Source of the DNA: Myxococcales bacterium
GTDB lineage: Bacteria; Myxococcota_A; UBA9042
Assembly: GCA_037441385.1 (NCBI GenBank)
Contig: JBBISH010000071.1
Location: 1 to 33,925, forward strand
Direction of reading: 5' to 3'
Length of the DNA stretch: 33,925 nt
Shown here: positions 26,334 to 33,925 of the stretch, in pieces
How positions within the stretch are numbered: the first letter of the stretch is position 1
Layout: every line of letters starts with the position of its first letter
The notes under the pieces: model-generated
Database searches by the model: none
Told to the model about the DNA's origin: nothing
What the model saw: only the letters and a program-made list of their open reading frames with translations
Made by a program: the position numbers and the translations under genes

Positions 26334-27560
26334 CTATACCGACCGCAGCGCCGTCGCCGGCGGCAGCCGACTGACCCGCCACGCCGGCCACAGCCCCGCC
26401 GCCAGGGTCATCGCGTACACCAGCGCGGCGCTCTGCAGTGCACCGCCGATCGACAGTCGCGTGTGGAAGGCCATCCGCAGCGAAGTCCCACCGATCTCCA
26501 TGCCTTCGCCCATCGCCTGCGAGAAGTCCAGGAGCACATGCTGCTCTCCCCACGCAACCAGGGGCAGCGCCAGACCCAGGCCTAGCGCGACCGCCAACGT
26601 GGCGATCCAGAATGATTCCGCGGCGATCAGCGCGACCACGCCGCGCGGCCGCGTGCCCAGCGCTTGCAGCACGCCCAGCTCGTGGGTGCGCTCCAGCACG
26701 CTCATCAGCATCGTATTCAAGATGCCCAGGCCGACCACCACGTTCACGAACACCCCGATCAGCCACTGGATGAGCCCGATCAGGCCGTCCATACTCTTGA
26801 GGATCGGCAGCAACTCGCCCCAAGTCGGCGCTTCCACACCTGCACCGGCAGCTTGAACCACTGCGGCGGCCACCGCGTCGGCTTGGTTCGCGTCGGCCAA
26901 CTGCACCACCACCTGATGCACCACCGCAGGCAGTCCGGCCAGCTTGCGCGCTGCACTTTGCGTCATGATCACATGCCCTTTGCCGATAGCCGGGGCGATG
27001 CTGTGGAAGATGCCGCGCACTCGGAACACGTCGGCGCCCACCTCGCCGTCGGCCTGTTGCGCGGTCAGGCGCAGTTTGCTGCCCACGCTCAAGCTCAGGC
27101 GTTCAGCGAGCCCGTCGCCCACGACCACACCGCGGTCATCTGCCGGGTCCAGTTCGCGCCCCTGCCGGACATCGCGCAAGTACGCGGCGACCTTCCGTTC
27201 TGCCGCCGGATCCACCCCGTGCAAGAGCACGCCTTGGGCGCCGTGCGCCGAGCTCGCCAGGGCCCGCACCACCACCCGGGCGCTGACCTCTGCGTCGGCC
27301 GGTAGAGGCAGTTTCTTGAGCAATTCATCGGGGTTCTGCAAGCTCGTCGCGAGCAGACGCCGCGCGTGCCACCCCTTGGCGGCGATCTCGACATGCCCGA
27401 GGGCGGCGTCGTCCAGTTCTTGCTTGGCGTCGGCCACGATGCCGCCCAGCAGGCCGCCGTAGAAGACGACCAGCGCCAGACCCAAGCCCGCCGACGCCAA
27501 ATTAATCAGCGTTCTCCGCCTGTTCCGCCACAAATTGCGCCAGCCAAGTCGCAAAAGCAT
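26334..27560 (-). CDS. ABC transporter permease (FtsX/LolC-E-like)
   Basis: ATG 27560 (TGATG overlap); LGWRNLWRNRRRTLI, ILNTMLMSVLERTHELGVLQALG, LWPAWRVSRL. Confidence 0.93.
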   Translation of the reverse strand: MLLRLGWRNLWRNRRRTLINLASAGLGLALVVFYGGLLGGIVADAKQELDDAALGHVEIAAKGWHARRLLATSLQNPDELLKKLPLPADAEVSARVVVRALASSAHGAQGVLLHGVDPAAERKVAAYLRDVRQGRELDPADDRGVVVGDGLAERLSLSVGSKLRLTAQQADGEVGADVFRVRGIFHSIAPAIGKGHVIMTQSAARKLAGLPAVVHQVVVQLADANQADAVAAAVVQAAGAGVEAPTWGELLPILKSMDGLIGLIQWLIGVFVNVVVGLGILNTMLMSVLERTHELGVLQALGTRPRGVVALIAAESFWIATLAVALGLGLALPLVAWGEQHVLLDFSQAMGEGMEIGGTSLRMAFHTRLSIGGALQSAALVYAMTLAAGLWPAWRVSRLPPATALRSV

Positions 27561-28777
27561 CAATAACTCCGCGTCGCTTCAGCTGGTTTCATGCGCGCCG
27601 CTCGCCAAGCAGGCAGGAGGCTGCCCACCAGAGCGGTCCACAGCGCCACCTGCAGCGCCTGGAGCAGGCCGCCCCAGTGCAAGGCCAGGTGGATGGTGCT
27701 GGGGAAGCGGATCCCCAACATGTCCTGTTTGGCAAACGCCTCCAGGCTGATGTCGCCCACGGCGTAAACCGTCGCCACCGTCAGCGCCGCACCCACTGCG
27801 ACCCCCAGCGCGCCCTGCAACAGGCCTTCGAGCAGAATCATCCCAAGGAGTTGCCGCGGCCGGGTCCCCAACGAAGCCAGCACGCCCAGCTCGCGCGTCC
27901 GCTCCAATGTCGCCATGGTCATCGCGTTGAGCACGCCAAGGCCCACGAGCGCGAACAGGACGTAGGCCAACGCCGCTTGCGCTTTGCGCTTTTCGGTCAT
28001 CGTCGCCTTCAGCTCCGGCACGATCTTGTCCCAGCTCAGCACTTCCAGCTCGGCATTGCTCAGCTGGGCCTGCAGTTGCGCGGTGGGCCGGCTCACGTCC
28101 TCGCCGCCGCCTGCCAGCCGCACGACCAGTTGGTGCACGCCGGCACCAAGTCCAAAAAAGGCTTGCGCATCCGCAAGATGCAGGAACACGCCGCTGCCAT
28201 TCAGCTCGCCGCTCCCCGCGTCCGCCAGGCCGACCACTGTGTACCGGTCATTCGCCACCGAGCCGTCGACCGCCGCACCCACCAGAACGATCTCGCCGCC
28301 CACGCCGACGCCCAGTTGTTCGGCCAGGTCGATTCCAACCAGGGCCTCGCGTTGGCCCGCGGCGCTCAGGTGCTTGCCCTTGGCAATGGTGACAAAGCGC
28401 AGGTCCGCCTGCTCGCGGGAGGGATCCAGGCCAAAAACCGCTGCGCCGGTGGACTGTTCCCCGCTGCCGGCCAAGCCATAGCCCAGCACTCGCGGAGCAA
28501 TCTTGGCGCCGGGCAGGCTTTTCCGCACCGCGGCCTCGGCCGCGGCCGGGTCCGCAATGACCCGTTCCAGCTCGGGATTCTTTTGCCAGCCGGCGGCGTG
28601 AATCTGCAGGTGTCCCAGGGCGCCGCTGGTCACGTTGTCCAGGAGTTGGCCGTACACGCTCTCGCGATAGGTGTGCAAGAAGGTGATCGCCAGTACGCCA
28701 AGTCCCAGCGCGGCCACGGTAATCAGCGTGCGCCGGCTGTTCCGCCACAGATTGCGCCAGGCCAGGGCGAGCCACAT
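27560..28777 (-). CDS. ABC transporter permease (FtsX/LolC-E-like)
   Basis: LAWRNLWRNSRRTLIT, VLNAMTMATLERTRELGVLASLG, LPAWRAARMKPAEA. Confidence 0.93.
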   Translation of the reverse strand: MWLALAWRNLWRNSRRTLITVAALGLGVLAITFLHTYRESVYGQLLDNVTSGALGHLQIHAAGWQKNPELERVIADPAAAEAAVRKSLPGAKIAPRVLGYGLAGSGEQSTGAAVFGLDPSREQADLRFVTIAKGKHLSAAGQREALVGIDLAEQLGVGVGGEIVLVGAAVDGSVANDRYTVVGLADAGSGELNGSGVFLHLADAQAFFGLGAGVHQLVVRLAGGGEDVSRPTAQLQAQLSNAELEVLSWDKIVPELKATMTEKRKAQAALAYVLFALVGLGVLNAMTMATLERTRELGVLASLGTRPRQLLGMILLEGLLQGALGVAVGAALTVATVYAVGDISLEAFAKQDMLGIRFPSTIHLALHWGGLLQALQVALWTALVGSLLPAWRAARMKPAEATRSY

Positions 28778-28780
28778 CGG

Positions 28781-29623
28781 CTACCTGCCTTGCCGCAGCC
28801 GCTGCAGGCTGAACGTGTCGTCCGGGATGGCCACGTCGAACTGGAATTCCAAGTACTGAAGCACCGTTTCGCGGCCTTTCGCCTCGGGTACCACGGTGGT
28901 TTTGGCCGGGAACTGGCGCCAGCCGGCGCTGCGGAAGTCGCTGAAAAGCAAGGACCGGACCGGCCTTCCGTCCTCGTCAAAGAACCGCTCGAGCACCGGC
29001 AGGCAGCGGGCCCGGTCGATTTGCATTTCCAGCTTGCCCCACACCGTGGGCGCGTTCGGCTTGGCGATCAAGACGACGTTCCAGGCCTCGCCGCCGCTCA
29101 GCTTGGTGATTCCGGTGACCTTGGCGTCAAAGTCGTCGACCAAGCTCGTGCCGCGCACTAAGTCGTCGTTGGTCAGGTCGCTGCCCATCCAACCGTCGCC
29201 CAGCATGGCGGACGGCAGCTTCATCACTCGCGCCGCCTGCGGCAGCCAATTCCACAGCTGCTTGTCGCGCTTGAGCGTCATCATCCCGGTGTCGCGTGGC
29301 CCGCCTTCCAGCACGCGCACCAGCGCCAGGTCGCGGCCCTTGGCCCACGTCTGCAGCTTGAGCGTCCGCGACCACGTCGGCGTCCGGATGGTCATCGTCA
29401 TCACGGCCGTACTCGAGGCGCCCTCAAGGAGCCGCTGAATGCGCTGAATCAGGCGCGGCACATCGGGCTTTTCGGCTTGGCTGGGGCAGGGCGGCAGATC
29501 CGGGGGCTCTTGCGCGCTGGCCTCTGGCGGTTTGACCGCGGCCACCGCGCACAGAGCCAAGAGAACGCTCCCTTGGGCAAGGGCCCCGTGCAGCAGCTTT
29601 CTGAGATGGACGGCGAATGTCAC
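28781..29623 (-). CDS. LolA-like outer-membrane lipoprotein-sorting family protein
   Basis: GTG 29623 after GAGG; MTIRTPTWSRTL, TLKRDKQLWNWLP, WMGSDLTNDDL, IPDDTFSLQRL. Confidence 0.88.
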   Translation of the reverse strand: MTFAVHLRKLLHGALAQGSVLLALCAVAAVKPPEASAQEPPDLPPCPSQAEKPDVPRLIQRIQRLLEGASSTAVMTMTIRTPTWSRTLKLQTWAKGRDLALVRVLEGGPRDTGMMTLKRDKQLWNWLPQAARVMKLPSAMLGDGWMGSDLTNDDLVRGTSLVDDFDAKVTGITKLSGGEAWNVVLIAKPNAPTVWGKLEMQIDRARCLPVLERFFDEDGRPVRSLLFSDFRSAGWRQFPAKTTVVPEAKGRETVLQYLEFQFDVAIPDDTFSLQRLRQGR

Positions 29624-29776
29624 GGGACACCTCGCTGGGTGTCGCCGGGAGCGTCACTGGCGACGGCGTGCACCCCACAGCCCCACCAAGCTAGGCGCGC
29701 TGGCAAACCCCGTCAATTGCCACGGGTCACCGGTGCATCACGTGGCACAGGCCAAGTTTGCCGCTGGCGCGAGGCG

Positions 29777-31591
29777 CTATTCGATTTCTTCGACGATCAA
29801 CTCGCGCGAGCCGCCGTTGCCGTCCCACGGATAGTTGCCGTAGTAGCAGTAGCCGCTGCGGTCGTAGACGGCGTAGGTGTGGTTGCCCGCCGCGAGTTTC
29901 TCCACAGCACAAACCATCGAGCGGGTGCTGTGCGAGTTCCAGCCGTAGCCGTCGCCGTACCAGCTGCCCGAGCAGGCCTTGGGCCCGTAGCTCAGGCCGC
30001 CGTCGATGAAGATGGCTACGTTGCACCAGTTGGCGCCCGAGATGCCGACGTTGTCTTGCCACGAGATCTTGATGAGCGACGTCGCCGTGCGCTTCTTGTG
30101 GGTGACTTGGAAGTTGCCGTAGGTCTGCTGCCAGCTGTTGCCCTGGGTCTTCCAGCCTTGGCAGCACGTCTCGGACGCGCCGGCCCAGTAGGCCACGTTG
30201 GGCGCCCGCGCGAAGTAGCCCGGCAGGAAGCCAGCGAGGCCCACGCCCTTGATCTGAACGTCGCCGTCGACCAGCAGATCGCCTTTGAGCTGAATCTTCT
30301 TGTTCGACAGCGTTTGGATGTTGACCGACCAGTTGTACTTGCCGTCAAAGCCGCCCGAGCCGCCGCCGACCTTCAAGTCCTTGACGGTGATCGACCACTG
30401 GCCCTTGATGTTCTTGCCCACCCAGTCGGCGTTCATGTCGCCCGAAACAATCGGCGTGTCGGTGTTGAAGTTGGTGGTCAGGGTGGTGCCGGTCTTGCCG
30501 CCGTTGTACAACACGTACGGCGTCGAGATGCCGGGGCCGTAAAGCTCGACCTTGACGCCCGACAGGTCCGAGTTGTTGATCGTCATGTTGACCCAGATCT
30601 TCTGCGCCAAGCCGATGTCGGGGAAGGTCAGCGTGTCGGTCTTGCCGGCGCCCAGGCCGTCGGGGATCTGCACGTCGGTGGTGCCGGCGGTCGAGTCCGT
30701 GAATTGGTTGTTGATCAGGCCGTTCGAGATCTCGTCGATGCCGTCGCCCGGCATGTCCTTCTCGGTCAGGGCGGCGCAGTTGATGCTGCCGTCGTTGTTG
30801 TAGCCCTTGAACCACAGGCCGGTGCCGCAGGTCTTGAGCTGGGGCAGGCTCGGCGCGTTGAGCAGATCGCTGTACGAACCGCTGGTGGCGACCTTGGCCA
30901 AGTTGGGGGTGTTGGTCAGGTCGGTGTACGAGCCCGTGCCGGCGACTTTGGCCAGCGACGCTGCCTTGACATAGTCCTGCAAATCCGTGGACTTGGCATA
31001 CGCGCTCAGGTCGGTGGACTTGGCGTAGGCGCTCAAATCGGTCGACTTGGCATAGGCCGTCAGGTCGCTGGACTTGGCGTAGGCGCTCAGGTCACTCGAC
31101 TTGGCGTACACGCTGAGATCCGCGGATTTGGCGTAGGGCTGCAGGACGCCCGCGTCCAGGTGGCTGGCCTTGAGGCAGCCCGAGCACTCCAGCGCCTCGG
31201 CCACGCCGGCCCGCAAGGCGTACAGGGCCGCGCCCACCGGACGCCGCGCCATTTCCGGGTCGGTGCCCACGGTCACGCCCAACCAGCCGGGCCCCTGGGC
31301 CAGCGCCGCTTGCGCCAACGGTGTCTTGCTGCCCAACTGGTAGCTGAATTGGCCGTTCTTGGCCAGCAAGGCCACCGGACCTTCTTGCCAAACCGCCGAG
31401 CCACCCGTCTCTGCGCCGTACAGCGCAAAGGTGACTTGGTACGTTCCGTCCGCAGCCGGACCGCCACCCGCCGACAGCAACAAGCCTTCGACCACCGCCG
31501 TCGTGGGCGTCGTGGCCATCGCGGTGCCGGCCAAGCCCAAGCCGGCCGCGCAAACGGCCAGATTCAAAGCCATTCCAACGAGCTTCCTCAT
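29777..31591 (-). CDS. Secreted phage-tail-fibre-like adhesin with P-domain and CTHRC1-like C-terminal domain
   Basis: ATG 31591; signal peptide; N-module (VTFALY...VWQE...GQFSYQLG...WLGVTVGTDPEM...YALRA); CSGC; 9-aa repeats; LAKVATSGSYSDLLNAP fibre repeats; proprotein-convertase P-like domain; terminal SRELIVEEIE. Confidence 0.8.
   Translation of the reverse strand: MRKLVGMALNLAVCAAGLGLAGTAMATTPTTAVVEGLLLSAGGGPAADGTYQVTFALYGAETGGSAVWQEGPVALLAKNGQFSYQLGSKTPLAQAALAQGPGWLGVTVGTDPEMARRPVGAALYALRAGVAEALECSGCLKASHLDAGVLQPYAKSADLSVYAKSSDLSAYAKSSDLTAYAKSTDLSAYAKSTDLSAYAKSTDLQDYVKAASLAKVAGTGSYTDLTNTPNLAKVATSGSYSDLLNAPSLPQLKTCGTGLWFKGYNNDGSINCAALTEKDMPGDGIDEISNGLINNQFTDSTAGTTDVQIPDGLGAGKTDTLTFPDIGLAQKIWVNMTINNSDLSGVKVELYGPGISTPYVLYNGGKTGTTLTTNFNTDTPIVSGDMNADWVGKNIKGQWSITVKDLKVGGGSGGFDGKYNWSVNIQTLSNKKIQLKGDLLVDGDVQIKGVGLAGFLPGYFARAPNVAYWAGASETCCQGWKTQGNSWQQTYGNFQVTHKKRTATSLIKISWQDNVGISGANWCNVAIFIDGGLSYGPKACSGSWYGDGYGWNSHSTRSMVCAVEKLAAGNHTYAVYDRSGYCYYGNYPWDGNGGSRELIVEEIE
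30974..31135 (-). repeat. 27-bp coding tandem repeat x6 (YAKS[AST]DL[STQ][VAD])
   Basis: YAKSADLSV-YAKSSDLSA-YAKSSDLTA-YAKSTDLSA-YAKSTDLSA-YAKSTDLQD; 162 bp. Confidence 0.92.
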
Positions 31592-31776
31592 GTTCGCACC
31601 TGCACCCGCGGAACGCACGCCGCAAATGTCACGAGTCTAGCGGATAGGATGCGCCGATGCCAACCCGCGCGTTCGCCCCAGGCGAGGTGGCGCCGATTTG
31701 ACAGGGCGGACCGGTCGGCCCAAAGTCGCCGAGACGACTGCCTGGCAGCCCATACGGAATTCGTCTCAAGCCGCTC

Positions 31777-31836
31777 GAAAACTCCGGCAATTCGTTGGGC
31801 CCGAGCTGGGGTCCCCGCCTGATTCTCGCCGGTTGC
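31777..31836. repeat. 60-bp intergenic repeat family B, copy 2
   Basis: Ungapped 51/60 identity to 2320-2379, same orientation. Confidence 0.85.
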
Positions 31837-31899
31837 AGACCGGGCCAGCGAAACCGTACAGGAACAAGTCCGGTGGGGTTCGTGTCCGAGGTGCCCTGC

Positions 31900-32682
31900 A
31901 TGAAGCCCAAACCCCTGGTTGCCCGCCGGACCTTCTGCGGCGGAGCGCTCTTTCTCGTCGCTTCCCCCTGGCTGGGCTGTGGCCGCGCCCCTCAATCGGC
32001 CGCGATCGCGGATGCATCCGGCGACGCGCCGATCGCACCAGCCGCTGACGCCGCCATGCAAGTGGGCAACTGGTCGGTTCCCGCGGGCACTTTCTTGGCG
32101 CCGCTCGAATTTGCCCGTCTGCAAGCGGTGTTCGATGCCTTCATCCCTGGCGACGCTGCCTCGCCTGGGGCCGCGTTGACGGGGGCGGCCTGGTACTTGG
32201 ACCAGTTGCTCGGTGCCTTTCGCAGCGATCCGCCGCGGATCTTTGCTGGCGGGCCCTTTTCTGGGCGCCATGGGGGCCTGGACGGTTTTGCCGAGTTCCA
32301 ACCGCTCACGCGCATCGAGGCGCTCCGCTGGCGGACGTTCCTGGAAGGGTCGCAAGGGCTGGCCGAGCGCGAGTGGAACGGGCCCGTGACCGGGCTGCAC
32401 GACCAGGTGGTCGCCGGACTGGCCGCGATCGCCAGTCAAGCCAAGGCCAACTTGGCGACCGAGCTAGAAGTCCTTGACCGGCAAGCGATCGTCGGCCTCT
32501 TGGCCAAGGCCGACAAGGCGGTCGTGCAACTGCTCTACGAGTACGCGGTCGAAGGGACCTACGGCGACCCTGTGTACGGCGGAAATCGCGATCGGCTTGG
32601 CTGGCAAGCTATTGATTACGAAGGGGATCGTCAGCCCGTCGGCTACAGCGCCCGGCAGATGACCCATCCAGAAGAGGGCTAG
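31900..32682 (+). CDS. Gluconate 2-dehydrogenase subunit 3 family protein (Tat-exported)
   Basis: ATG 31900 after GAGG; ARRTFCGG Tat motif; FIPGDAASPGA...YLDQLL; EGTYGDPVYGGNRDRLGWQAIDY. Confidence 0.88.
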   Translation: MKPKPLVARRTFCGGALFLVASPWLGCGRAPQSAAIADASGDAPIAPAADAAMQVGNWSVPAGTFLAPLEFARLQAVFDAFIPGDAASPGAALTGAAWYLDQLLGAFRSDPPRIFAGGPFSGRHGGLDGFAEFQPLTRIEALRWRTFLEGSQGLAEREWNGPVTGLHDQVVAGLAAIASQAKANLATELEVLDRQAIVGLLAKADKAVVQLLYEYAVEGTYGDPVYGGNRDRLGWQAIDYEGDRQPVGYSARQMTHPEEG

Positions 32683-32683
32683 C

Positions 32684-33925
32684 ATGGCCTTGAATTTCGA
32701 CGCGATCGTAGTCGGCTCGGGCGCTGGGGGCGGCGTCGCCGCGTACGTCTTGGCCAAGCATGGCTGGAAGGTCGCCCTGATCGAGAAGGGGCGCAACGTC
32801 TACCCCACGCTCGCGGAACCGGTGCTGCGGCAGTCGCTCTTGGGCAACGACGAAATCAAACGCCGCCGCTTCTTTGGCTATCACGACCCGTTTGCCGAGC
32901 CGCGGGTGTTCCGCGACGGCGAGCAAGCCGTGCCGGTGACTCGCGAGCTCCAGGGGCTGGGCACCACCGTGGGCGGCGGTACGATCTTCTACGACGGCGA
33001 TTCGCCGCGCGTGCAACCGGCTGATTTTACGCTACTATCCAGCTATGGACCCGTCGCAGGTGCCACGGTTGTCGATTGGCCGCTCACTTACGACGAACTG
33101 GCCCCGCACTACGACGAGGTAGAAAAGCAAATTGGTGTACAGGGTTTGGCGGGTGCGGATCCGTTCGCCGCGCCGCGCGGGCCGTATCCGATGCCGCCGG
33201 GGCGGCCGCCCAAGGTGAGTTCGCTGCTCGCCAAGGGGGCTAAAGCGCTTGGCCTGCACCCACATCCCATGCCGATGGCGAATAACTCGGTTGCATATGG
33301 TGGCCGACCTGCCTGTGTAGACTGCGGTTTCTGCAACATGGGATGTCCGATCGACGCCAAGGGCTCCACGGCCGTCACCGTCATCCGCGCGGGGTTGTTG
33401 ACTGGGAACCTGCAGCTTTTCAAAGAGACTTGTGTGACACGCGTGCTGAGCAACGCCGCCGGCGACCACGCCACCGGGGTCGAGGTCGTGGGTCCGGACG
33501 GCGCCATCGGTCAGATCTTGGGCAAGCACATCGTGATTGGCGCCAATGCCATTGAAACACCGCGTCTTTTGCTTGCCAGCGGCGTGGGGGGCAAGCCCGA
33601 AGGCCTGGCGAACAGTTCGGGGTTGCTTGGCCGCAACTTAATGTTTCATATGGTCTTTGGCGTGATCGGGGTCTTCGATATCGAGGTTCGTTCCTACCGC
33701 AGCCGAGTCGTCACACATGCTTTGGCCGACTACACCGTCCCCGATGGCAGCCCCAGTTGGCTCCGCGGCGGCTATGTGGAGCTGGGCGGCCAGGTGCATG
33801 ACACGGAGAACGTCGTCACCTTCCACGACGACTTCAACGTGCACATCAGCATCGCCTGCTTCCCGCAGGACGCCGCGCAGCGGTGGGAACTGGAGACGCG
33901 CGGCCGGCGCGACTACCTGATGTAT
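32684..33925 (+). CDS. GMC family FAD oxidoreductase, partial (runs off right edge)
   Basis: Not in the ORF track because it has no stop. MALNFDAIVVGSGAGGG...LIEKG; GTTVGGGT; DWPLTYDELAPHYDEVEKQIGVQG; CVDCGFCNMGCPIDAKGS; ANAIETPRLLLAS; ANSSGLLGRNLMFH. Confidence 0.92.
   Translation, partial: MALNFDAIVVGSGAGGGVAAYVLAKHGWKVALIEKGRNVYPTLAEPVLRQSLLGNDEIKRRRFFGYHDPFAEPRVFRDGEQAVPVTRELQGLGTTVGGGTIFYDGDSPRVQPADFTLLSSYGPVAGATVVDWPLTYDELAPHYDEVEKQIGVQGLAGADPFAAPRGPYPMPPGRPPKVSSLLAKGAKALGLHPHPMPMANNSVAYGGRPACVDCGFCNMGCPIDAKGSTAVTVIRAGLLTGNLQLFKETCVTRVLSNAAGDHATGVEVVGPDGAIGQILGKHIVIGANAIETPRLLLASGVGGKPEGLANSSGLLGRNLMFHMVFGVIGVFDIEVRSYRSRVVTHALADYTVPDGSPSWLRGGYVELGGQVHDTENVVTFHDDFNVHISIACFPQDAAQRWELETRGRRDYLMY

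Overview
A GC-rich bacterial window. Its gene content (many lipoproteins with acidic Ala/Asp linkers, myxobacterial-type GST, fibre proteins) suggests Myxococcota/Deltaproteobacteria, which is an inference. Left to right it holds: a partial secreted fibre-like gene, recX, a Mesh1-type HD hydrolase, a copper-monooxygenase/Cys-rich/cytochrome c lipoprotein trio, napD-napA-(tetraheme)napB-orf divergent from tetraheme cytochrome c-NrfC-like-NrfD, a DUF350/glutathionylspermidine-synthase-like operon, GST, DUF2279, an MFS transporter, a lipoprotein hydrolase, VF530, a large lipoprotein, a LolA-like/2x permease/ATPase/beta-barrel operon, a phage-fibre-like adhesin ending in a CTHRC1-like domain, and a gluconate-2-dehydrogenase-like gene pair (partial). 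The most striking unexplained signal is non-coding. An AT-rich, non-palindromic 19-28 bp motif (core AGTAGAAAATGGCTGCAWC) occurs 9 times, always at boundaries between genes or gene modules in the first 21.5 kb, and brackets single genes as direct repeats (recX 26/28 identical; GST 17/17). This suggests an undescribed cassette/recombination-site or nucleoid-protein binding system. A second 60-bp intergenic repeat (2 copies, 29 kb apart) and a ~170-bp hairpin element are also present. No recombinase, transposase, CRISPR array, tRNA or rRNA was seen.
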